Under the pieces are notes generated by a model. It searched no databases, was not told the origin of the DNA, and saw nothing but the letters and a program-made list of their open reading frames with translations. The position numbers and the translations under genes were made by a program. From Octopus sinensis (Eukaryota), in the NCBI RefSeq assembly GCF_006345805.1, contig NC_043005.1, positions 75,206,001 through 75,270,000 on the forward strand: DNA of 64,000 bases. Reading direction: 5' to 3'. Shown piece by piece: positions 12,608 through 24,700 of the stretch (position 1 is its first letter; each line of letters opens with the position of its first letter).

Positions 12608-15600
12608 AAGTAGATTTTTTCTCGCCACTTATAAAACATCCAATATTTTTTAAATAGTCAGATCTTTATTCTCGGTCACAAAGAACATCTATACACCCTC
12701 ACCCACATGATTGACCGATGCCTGACCCGTTGAATTCTTCAGCCACCGGTTCTCAACATACACTGATAAACAGTTTCGCCATGGGCTCTTAGGAGCACAG
12801 TTCGATTTGTTTTTTGCTCCGCCTCTGTTCTGTTTTTGTTTTTCCAACGGATTTCCTTTTTCTTCCTGAAGAGAAAGACACAATATGGTCCCATTATCAA
12901 TCGGATTTTGGTAATTTGTGCCTTTCGAACACGTGTAGAATGAAATAAAACGATTTCTGTTCAATCTGCGTTCAGCTCCATTTCTTCAATTCACCAATAA
13001 TGTTTTAATTTCAATTATCCGCACCAACGCACGGTTGCAACGCCAGATGGTTGTACCTCCAACCGTGCTGTTTACTGCTGTGATTTTTGCTACTAAGGTA
13101 TCGGTTAAACTGTTGATTAATCTACTACAAGATTATTCATCTTTCTATTTCACATAATATATATATATATATATATATATGCAATGGGCTTCTTCCAGTT
13201 TCTGACTACCAAATCGACTCACAAGAATTTGGTTAGCCTGAGAAAATACCTATCCTAGGTTCCATGTTGTGGGACTGAACCTGGAACCATGTGGTTGGGA
13301 AGCAAATTTCTTATCACACAGCTATGCCTGCAATCTTTTTATATAAATTTTTAAAGTGGGCAATATTAACTAAGCTGTATTATTTTTATAGAATACCAAG
13401 CATATACAAAACAACAAACCTGATGCTATTATCAAAATACCTTTTGGTACCACAGTCAAAAGTATAAAGTTACAATTTCATTCTGTTAAACCAGAATGCC
13501 AGATAGTTGTAACAGTATCAATCCTTGGATGTTTTGAAGCACGTAAGTTTGGCTTATACTTTTTAAACAAAGTTTTCAGCCCAGAATTCCTATATACTAT
13601 ATATATATTAATTTTAACCCAAGTTATATTTTCTATACATTTTAATCATATATAAGAAAAATATAAATTTATGCCATAAAAATAACAAAATAATATTTAT
13701 ATAATAATCTGCTTGTTAGTACACTCGTTACACATTAGTTAGTTAAAGAGGTGGAAGTGGAGTGAGTGAGAGGTTGAGTAAAAGTGAGAGAAATAGAAGG
13801 GGAAGAATGTGATTAGAAAAGAAAGAAGTGAGGAAGAAGTAGAGAAAGATGTATAAGGCCAAATGTGTCATGTGGTTAGTTGAAGGGAGAGGTGAAGAGC
13901 AAGAGAAAAAGATGGTGAGAGAAAAGTGGGGGAGAAAATTGTGAGTGACATGTAGGGTGGAGGAGAGAGAAAGATAAATAGAAAGAGATATGTTTAGGAT
14001 ACAATATTTAGGAGAGGGTGATGGTCGGTGGTGAGTTTAAGAAAGGCAGATAGAGAAATGAACAGAGGAGGCAGTTACATTAAGAGGGAGAGAGAAAGCG
14101 AGCGAGAGAGAGAGAAAGCGAGAGAGAGAGAGAGATGGTGGTTATGGTGGTGGTGGTGTGTTGATAGCGAAAAATATTTTTTCATTGAACTAAATCTATA
14201 ATATTATTCTTCTACTTGTTAGTTTAGTTTATACTTTTGTTTGTTAGAGAGGAGGAGGAGATAGAGTAAGAGAGAGAAGAAGAGGGAATGTGAGAGTAAG
14301 TGAGAGAGCAGATAGCCAACAGATGCATTATACTGTCACTCATGTGGCTAGTAGAAGTGAGAGATGATGAGAAAGAGAGAAATGTTAAAGACATGAAGAG
14401 GGGAATGACATGGTTAAAAAGTTTGTTGAAGAGGTAGAGAGAAAGAGAGAACTATAAAGTGCTTAGCAGAGGGAAATTTTAAAATCATATTATATATTAT
14501 TGTGACTGGAAGTGAAATAACTTAGCAAAATGAAAATTAAAATGAAAATCATCCTTTCTTTCTTAAATAGCTTTTCTTAATCTTTTTTCATTCTGTGGAA
14601 TTTCCATGGACTCCACTTGTATTATATAATTGTTTCAGTGCTAACAATTTAATTATTCTTTAATATCTTCTCTCTAGAGTCTACAACAATAGCTGCAACA
14701 ACTGCTACTGGTAAGTAGTCTACAATTTATGCTATCCCTTGTCTTTGTGGCAAGGGATTAAGGCAGTGAGCTGGCAGAATCGTTAGCACGCCGGGCAAAA
14801 TGCTTAGCGGTATTTCATCTGCCGCTACGTTCTGAGTTCAAATTCTGCCGAGGTCGACTTTGCCTTTCATCCTTTCGGGGTCAATAAATTAAGTACCAGT
14901 TATGCACTGGGGTCGATGTAATCGACTTAACCCATTGTCTGTCCTTGTTTGTCCCCTCTAAGTTTAGCCCCCTGTGGACAATAAAGAAATATTTATGGCA
15001 AGGGATGTCATAAAAGCTTAGATCCATGTTAGATGTAATAATAACTCAATACTTTTAAAGATTCCCTTTGGTCATGAATGACCAAAGGATTGCACTTTGA
15101 AAGTTACCCTCCAAGGCACAAGTCTAGCCAAGGTTGTTTATGGAAGACCAGCAGTCTCCCATGCCAGCTGCACCTCTCCATACCACCGATGTTATCCATG
15201 GGAAAGGCGAGGCTGATACAGCTTGGCACCAGTAATACCGCAATTCATTTCTACAGCTGAGAGAACTGGAGCAACATGAAATAAAGAATACAACTCACAG
15301 CCCAATCTGGGAATCAAACTCACTACTGTATGGTTGTGAGCCTGATGCTCTAACCACTAAGCCATGTGCCTCCACATATCCAATTCTTTTAGGCTATGGT
15401 TAATTAGAGAACAAAATTTAAAATACATTGAAGAGTAATCTTTTCGATATTCAACTAATTCAACATAGTCTTCCTGCAGACTAGTGGTTCTCATCCATTT
15501 TTTGCCTATAGACCCTTATTTTACTCTACTGAGCCTCCATAGCTAGTTCACGTGTATAAAAAACATCCTAATGTATTTCATTTTTGGATTTGGTTTGCAA

Positions 15601-18600
15601 GATTCTTTATTTGAGTTCGTGTGTTGAAGCATATTCTGTTGTGTCTGGGAAGAGTAATTTTCTTTTTGTGCCTTATAATGTAACACACTCACCGGTAAAA
15701 TTTTCACTTATTTCTTATTTTTATTTTCCTAAAATTTTTGTTACATCTTGTGAAAAGGTTGCAGGATGCAATGAAAATTTTAGGAAAATAAAAATAAGAA
15801 ATAAGTGGAAATTTTACCAGTGAGTATGTTACATTATAAGGCACAAAAAGAAAATTACTCTCACCAGACACAACAGAATCCTAATGTATTTTTTATAATT
15901 AAATATTATTAAGAATTGTACAACAAAAAAATTTAATATTTTGTGTATTGTAAAAGTATAAGCAATTTATTGCACACATACATTAACAATAAAATCTTAT
16001 ATGTAGATCCTTGTTGGGCCATGTAGATCCTGGTTGGGAACCACAGCTGTAGATTATGGTTCATGTGACAATGTCATGTTGCAGATAATGAGAGATGTTG
16101 GCAAATTCTGTTCATTGTGAATATCATCATCATTTAACATTCATTGTCCATGATGGTATGGGTTGAATGGCTTGACCAGAGCTGACCACATGGAGAGCTG
16201 CACCAGACTCCAGTCTGATTTCACATGGTTTCTATGGCTGGATGCCCTTCCTAATGCCAACCACTTTCCAGAATGTGCTAGGTGCTTTTGCGGGGCACCA
16301 CATGGATGCTTTTACATGGTGCTGCATGGGCATTTTTTGTGGCACCATGCAGGAGCACTTACATGCTTTTATGTGGCACTGCACAGGTGTTTTTTTATGG
16401 CACCAGACAGGTGCTTTTACATGGCACTGTCATGAGTGCTTTCCACCACTGCAGGGACTAGTCTAAACACATCTGCTGCAGAGTACAGGTCCTCTTGAAT
16501 CCAGCAAAGCCCCAGGCATCTCTGTCCTTTGTCAAACAAGTGCTAGACATCTGGGTCCTTTGTCATAGATATCACTTCTAACCTCCTAATAATCTCACTT
16601 TCTGTGATACTTTTGCTTGCTTATCTTATCACACTGTTTTGCTCTCTTACTATTTTGATATCAGTTAGATTTATTTGCCATTGTCATCATTAGCTGCAGC
16701 AGCATCATTTAGCTATCATCTCACCCCTGGTTGAGCAGACATTTTAATAAAAGGCATTCCAGTCATGACATGTCATCCTTTTGGTTATACTGGGTACAGT
16801 GGCCAATGTGAACTTCTTGTTTTAATTGGTGGTCAGTGGTTTCTTGTTACTGCCACTTCTAGCAGGTCAAGCAATGTGATAGAGACTTCCTTGATGGCTT
16901 AGATTACTAAGATACTTCTGACTAATTGTGTATGTATTGATGAGTCTATATAAGTGGTTATGTTTGTTTTAGTTTTCCATTTTTTTTTTGCTTTTTTTTG
17001 TTTTGTGTGTGTGTGTGTGTGTCTGCATCTGTGTGCCAGTCTGTGTGTCTGTGTGAGATAAAAGAACTACTTCTTATCACCATAACTAATATGGAAAATA
17101 AAGGGCATGTGTGTATATGCCTTTTTGAGTGTGTATGTGTGTATATATGTTTGTGTATGTATGTGAGGCAGAGTGTGAGAGAATATTCACTTATGTACAG
17201 GTTTGTACAATGTTTATTAATGTAGATTGGCGTTAGGAAGGACATCCAGCTGTAGAAACTTAGCCAGATCAGATTGGAGCCTGGTGCAGCCTTCTGGCTC
17301 GCCAGTCCTCAGTCAAACCGTCCAACCCATGCCAGCATGGAACATGGACGTTAAACGACAATGATGATGATGATGATGATGAATAAATAATTTTCAATAA
17401 TTGATTGAATAAATAATGTTGTTTTTTCATTTCTTAAAACAGAGTCCTGGTGTGTGATGAATGATGGTTTAGCAGATGCTTTATTAATAAGAAGTTGGGA
17501 CATTGAGACTTCAAGCAATCAAGAACATGTAAATTCCATCAGACCTGGTGGAAAAGGATGGAAACCTGATCTCAGTGACAAAAAACGTACTGTAACAATT
17601 TTTGTTGGAGATGCTTTAAGATATGGTGCAACAATAAGATTACCCCATGCAAAATATGTTGAGAAATTTGATGTGATACTCTCTGATGAGAAGGTAAATT
17701 GTCTACTAATTTATAATAATATCTATTATTTTTAATTAATTAACTTGTTTGTAATTTTTATAATGCTTATATAATGAAAATATGCCTAGCGTAAATAAAA
17801 GTAATAACAGATTGCCTTATTTTGCATATGACCTTATCATGCAATATATAGTGTGGGCCAGAGTTCATGACTAACTTATTAGTTACATTTCTTAATATGC
17901 TTATTTCGTTGTTATTCAACATCATCATCATCATCATCGTTTAACGTCTGTTTACCATGCTGGCATGGGTTGGACAGTTTGAATGGAGACTGGTAAGCCA
18001 GGAGGCCTCACCAGGTTCCAATCTAATCTGGCAATGTTTCTACAGCTGGATGCCCTTCCTGACATAAACCACTCCGAGAGTGAAGTGGGTACTTTTTACG
18101 AGCTACCAGCACAGGAGCCAGTCATGCGGCACAAGCATTGGCCACGTTCAGATGGTGCCTTTTACGTGCTACTGGCACAAGAACCAGTCGGAGTGGGGGT
18201 GGGGGTAGGGAGTGTGCTGGCATTGACCAGGTTTGGTTGGTGATTTTTATGTGCCATCAACATGAGGAGCCAGTCAGGCAGCACTTGCAATGACCCACAC
18301 ATGAATGGTGCTTATTGCGTGCCATCAGCACAAGAGCCAGTCAGGTAGCACTGGCATAATTACCTTTCCATTACAGCTAATTAACCAGTGATTGATCTCT
18401 TGCTATTCACATTATTTTCATTTCTTGTGTGTTCAACTCTTCTTATGTCCGTTTTTTCTTTCTCTTGTACCTGCTGTAGTTACCTGGAAAAGTCTATATA
18501 TAGCTGTACATTTGTATATTGGTAGATTTAATGTAAAATTTTAAAACAGACAATATTAACTTTGTTATATCTCTTTAACAGAATTCCATGAATATACCAA

Positions 18601-20957
18601 ACAATAAACCTGATGCTATTATCAAAATACCTTTTGGAACCACAGTAAACAGTGTCAAATTGCGATTTCATTCTGTTAAACCAGAATGCCAGATAGCAGT
18701 AACAGTATCAATTCTTGGATGTTTTGAATCACGTAAGTGTAATTGTATTTTCAATAACATTGCTGTATAAAACCGCAATTGTAATGGATGATATTATACA
18801 CCTTGTATAATGCAATAGTTTATTTATAAGCATTAATGTAATTTGTAAAATTAGATTTACTTCAGAGAAGTAAAAGGAATGATCCAGTCAAATTGACACT
18901 TGTAGAAAGGAAGGGTCCCTTGTTTGTTTAAAATCAGTTTCACTTATCTCACAAATTGTTAATGTTAGTCATTCTAAATTTACTTGTGGCTATAGAAACC
19001 ATATAAGAGTATAACAGATGGAATATATTTACCTTGCCTTAAAAGCTATTCAAATTATACTCTGTTACCTGGAACCACAAGGAAATTGCTTAAACAGGAA
19101 AGTTTTGGTATATATTTTAAATTGTTAAATTTAAACATGCTACAACACACTATATGCAGTTGTTTCTTTTTATTGAATTAAATTCTGCTTTTAATATCTT
19201 CACTTTAGAATCTACAACCGAAGCAGCAACAACAACTACAGGTATGTATTTGAAAATTTTCACCTTTGCAATGTACTCATTTGTTACTCATACAGTAGGT
19301 ATATATGAGTTACTTCTCTGAGTTCTATTAGTTAGATCTCTCTATGTTTAAATGTGGAGGCGCAATGGCCCAGTGGTTAGGGCAGCAGACTCGTGGTCGG
19401 AGGATCACAGTTTTGATTCTCATCTGGGCGTTGTGTGTGTTTATTAAGCGAAAACACCTAAAGCTCCATCAAGCTACAACAGGGGGTGGTGGCGACCCCT
19501 GTTGTACTCTTTCACCACAACTTTCTCTCACTCTCCCTTCCTGTTTCTTGAGTAACGCTGCGATGGACTGGCGTCCCGTCCAGCTGAGGGGAAGACATAC
19601 GCCACAGAAACCGGGAAACCAGACCCATGAGCCTGGCTAGGCTTGAAAATGGCGCATAAGAATATATGTTTAAGTGCATATATGTGTATATGAAGGAGTA
19701 TATATCTGTGTGCTCATGTATGCATGCATGTGTAAAATATAAAATTTTAAAATGTATCTTTTATAACCTGGACTTAAATAAATGAAGAAATAATCTTGTT
19801 TTTTCATTTTTCAAAACAGAGTCCTGGTGTGCGATGAATGATGGTTTAGCTGATGCTTCATTGATAAGAAGTTGGGACATTAAGACTTCAAGCAATCAAG
19901 AACATGTAAATTCTATCAGACCAGGTGGAAAAGGATGGAAACCTGATCTCAGTGACACTAAACGTACTGTGACAATTTTTGTTGGAGATGCTTTAAGATA
20001 TGGTGCAACAATAAGACTACTCCATGCAAAGTATGTTGAGAAATTTGATGTGATGCTCTCTGATGGACAGGTAAGAAGCATTTAGTTTATTTCTCTAATG
20101 ATCCTGTCTACATACTTCCCTTATTAATTTATTTTTATATGATGTGTCAAAACAAACTCACATATTTTTCATTTGAAAACACACAGTGTGTACTGATTAA
20201 ATTCATGATGGTAACTGAAGAAAGCAATAAAATATTATCTCCATGAAGACACCACTACCGCCTGCCTAACTGTGCTGGTGCCACACCAATAGCTGTGGAA
20301 AATATGCAAAGTTTTTTTGATACACCCTATAATAAGAAATGTGTAGTGCTGTTGCTGCTTTCCATCTCTATACTAGTCTTCATTCAGCAGACCTAAGATG
20401 AAATGAAGACTCTTGTTTCAGGCATAGCATTACTGTGACTGCATTAGCCAAAGTGTGGCCAACCTTTTATAAAATGTTAGAATACAATTGGAAAGGATTT
20501 AGCTGTTATTTTTAAAATGGTAGGAAATAGCATTTAATTCTAAATGTATAAAAACAAGACAAAGATATTGATGAATATTTAGGTTTTACATGAAAAATAA
20601 TTTGCAACCAAGGCACCTTCCCATTTTATTTTCATCATTTATCTCTTCTGCAAGAACACTTAATCTTTATTACTTTTGATTCTGTAAATTCTTTCATAAG
20701 TACCTGTAAATGGTTTCATATATACCTTTACATAAGTATCTCTTTTACTCTTTTACTTGTCTCAGTCATTTGACTGTGGCCATGCTGGAGCACCACCTTT
20801 ACTCGAACAAATCGACCCCGGGACTTATTCTTTATAAGCCTAGTACCTATTCTATTGGTCTCTTTTGCCAAACTGCTAAGCTACGGGGACGTAAACACAT
20901 CAGCATCGGTTTTCAAGTGATGTTGGGAGGACAAACTCAGACACACAAACACACACA

Positions 20958-21006
<49 letters not shown>

Positions 21007-21678
21007 CACACCACACACACACATATATATATATATATATACATATATATACGACAGGCTTCTTTCAGTTTCTGTCTACCAAATCCACTTACAAGGTTTT
21101 GGTTGGCCCGAAGCTAGAATAGAAGACACTTGCCCAAGGTGCCACGCAGTGGTACTGAACCTGGAACCATATGATTAGTAAGCAAGCTACTTACCACACA
21201 GCCACTCCTGCACCTTATATTGGTCGCAAAGTATATTGGTATGTCTTATTGTAAATTTTTTAAAGTTGACAATGTTGATATCTCTTTCTACAGAATACCA
21301 AACCTCTTCACAACAACAAACCTGATGCCATTATCAAGATACCTTTTGGTACCACAGTCAACAGTATAAAACTACGGTTTTACTCTGTTAAACCAGAGTG
21401 CCAATTAGTTGTAACAGTATCAATTCTTGGATGTTTTGAATTACGTAAGCATAAATGTACTTTTCAACCTTCTTAATATCAACCTGCTTGAGACCACCTT
21501 TAGTCTTATGAAACAAAATTCCCTTTTAAAGTGGTCTAAATTACAACTTTTCATCAAAACGCCATGTTTATGCAGATGCTGCACAGTTTAATAATAACAA
21601 TGTCATTCTAATGAGTTCCTTATCATTATAATAATAATAATAAGTCCAACCCATGCTAGCATGGAGAACGGACGCTAA

Positions 21679-21710
<32 letters not shown>

Positions 21711-24700
21711 TAATAATTGTGTACAGTGCTCAGGTGCACTACAACTCATCTAAAGTGTATATATAATCAGGTGTAGTTTTGGCGGATTTCGGAAAGCATG
21801 AGGGCCTTAAAGGATGCAGTGTCATGGCAGTCAACAACTGATGCAGGCAGTTTATTCCATGCTTCAGCAACTCTGAGCATGAAAAAATGTTTCCGAAAGT
21901 CATGGGAGCTGTGTTGTTTTCTTACTTTATAGGCATGTCCACGTGTGTTAGACACATGGAGATCAAAAAGGTGTTCAGTGTTGTTGTTGGTGAGGTGGTT
22001 GATAACTTTGTGGGTGTTTACCAAGTCTATCGCCAGATGCCGGAGCTTCAGTGAATCCATGCCCAGGGAAACAAGGCGCTCAGAATATGGTAGGTGTCTG
22101 ATGGAGGGTATGCGTTTGGTTGCACGTCTCTGGACAGATTCCAGGAGGTCAATGTTCTGAGCAAGATAGGGGTTCGAAACTGATGATGCGAATTCCAAGT
22201 GTGGTCGTACCATAGCTGTATACAGTTTTAAATAGATGGCTGGAGAGCAGCTAACAAAAGTCTTGCTGAGTGATGCCAAGACACCCTCGGCCTTCTTGAC
22301 AATTTTAGAGATATGCTTTGTCCAACGCAAATCACTACTGACAGTGATGCCTAGGTCACGTTCGCAAGAGGATTTCTTGATATCAGTGTTGTGGAGGGAG
22401 TATGTGGACGCAGGGTTTTTTCTCCCAAAATGCATGGTGGTACACTTGTCCACAGCCAGTTTCAGTTGCCAGTCTGTGATCCATTGCTGCATTGTGTCTA
22501 GGTCTGATTGCAGGAAAGAGTTGTAGACATCAGGATCTGTCCTCTTGATTTCAAGGTACAGCTTGATGTCGTCTGATTAATTGATACAAAAGCAATGTAC
22601 TTCAACAGAAATACAGTAACAAAAGGTATGTATATATTAACTGCTGGTAGGGACGCCATATTTCGTTTGGGAACCATGATATTAAGGATTTATAAGTCAA
22701 CACTGTGTCCTACTTTGGGTTAGCTGTACGATACAATTGCTTTTAAGTTATCTCAGCAGATTTTTTATAGAATTTAGAATCAGTATGGAAAGTTACGACA
22801 TTCCATACACAAATACATCTATGCAAACAAGATAGAAAACTAGGTAATGGGTATATATTCAATATACACCCGTTACCTTGTGTTATAAATGATAAACGTC
22901 GCCCTTTTCAAGACTAGCCAGGCTCATGGGCCTGGTTTCCCGGTTTCTGTGGCATATGTGTTCCCCACCAGCTGGATGGGAAGCCAGTCCATCGCAGCGT
23001 TACTCAAGAAACAGGAAGAGACAGCAAGAGAAAGTTGTGGTTAAAGAGTACAACAGAGGTCACCACCACCACCACCCTGCCAGAGCCTCGTAGAGCTTTT
23101 AGGTGTTTTCACTCAATAAGCACACACAACGCCCGGTTTGGGAATCGAACCACGATCCTCTGACCACGAGTCCGCTGCCCTAATCACTGGGCCATTGCGC
23201 CTCCACTGTTTCCTTGTGTTACATCACCAAATTTAGAATTTATTTAAGCAATGTGTTCATGGATGATTAATGGGTTGGATGTGGTGCTGAAGGAGGAGCA
23301 AGAGCACCTGATATATGCATACTCTTTAGTCTTTTACTTGTTTCAGTCATTTGACTGCGGCCATGCTGGAGCACCGCCTTTAGTCAAGCAAATCGACCCC
23401 GGGATTTATTCTTTCTAAGCCCAGTACTTATTCTATTGGTCTCTTTTGCCGAACCGCTAAGTGACGGGGACGTAAACACACCAGCATCGGTTGTCAAGCA
23501 ATGCTAGGGGGACAAACACAGACACACAAACACATACACACACATACATACATATATATATATACAACAGGCTTCTTTCAGTTTCCATCTACCAAATCCA
23601 CTCACAAGGCATTGGTCGGCCTGGGGCTATAGCAGAAGACACTTGCCCAAGATGCCACGCAGTGGGACTGAACCCAGAACCATGTGGTTGGTTAGCAAGC
23701 TACTTACCACACAGCCACTCCTGCATATTTATCTAGTCTACTAAATTTTTATTTCAACTTTTTTTATAGACATATTCATATACGAAACATTGTAACTTTC
23801 ACTTCTGACTCTAATTTCTATAGGAAATCTTTTGGAATAACTTAAAAGTGGTAACAAAAAGGTTAAACAAGCTTTTCAATGCAGTATTTGTGTGTGATTA
23901 CATTTATTACAACTTATATTATACACTGCTGGAGCTCTGTTGTTGATGAGGATTCAGTCATTTCATCAGCTAAATTATCTGCCCCTGAATTAATGCGTAA
24001 ATGGATGAGTATTTCACAGGCACATGTATCCTTAATGTAGAACTCAGGCAGAATCAGTAATACATGATATGTGACAAGGATGTTTCGGCTGATTTACCCT
24101 CCAGCCTTCATCAGGTGTCATGGGGAAATTTCAAACCTGGGTTCTCATTCCTAAGGTATTTTTCAATGTTATTAATATTATTATTATTATTATTATCCAG
24201 GTCACTACCTGGAATCAAACTCAAAACCTTGGGGTTAGTAGCCCGCGCTCTTAACCACGAGCATATAGTGTAGTGGTTAAGAGCGTGGGCTACTAACCCC
24301 AAGATTTCAAGTTCGATTCCAGGCAGTGACCTGAATAATAATAATAATAATAATGATGATGATGATGATGATGATGATGATAATAATAATAATATCAAAA
24401 AATACCTTTGGAATGTGAGCCCATGTTTGAGATTTTCCCAAGACATCTGATGAAGGCTGGAGGGTATATCAGCTGAAACATTGTGTTTACAATAAACAAG
24501 ATGAGGACAAATATCTGTCAAATGTAAATAATGTACATAATGTGCATAATTCTTCATCTCTTAAATATAGAATTGTAAAGTGTACGAAATAATCAATAAT
24601 ATCAAGCAGATGAAATATCAATCTTATGCATGTATAAGTGTGTGTGTGTGTGTGTGTGTGTGTACATATTTACATGTAATCATACAAACATGTTGTTTCA

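Noticed and set aside
16280-16440. Short regularly spaced repeats resembling a CRISPR array
   Set aside because: Degenerate minisatellite of about 23 bp inside a family D repeat, without unique spacers or cas genes; eukaryotic context.
21945-22526. Plus-strand ORFs overlapping the LINE
   Set aside because: Antisense shadows of the RT frame; no splice-phase link to the host gene.
23491-23736. Recurrent short ORFs beginning MSSxxxGTNT (also 6433, 30546, 41668, 57855, 62748) as a small gene family
   Set aside because: All lie within family A SINE copies and read through microsatellites.
24111-24557. 148-aa minus-strand ORF
   Set aside because: Reads through the palindromic family E element and its microsatellites.
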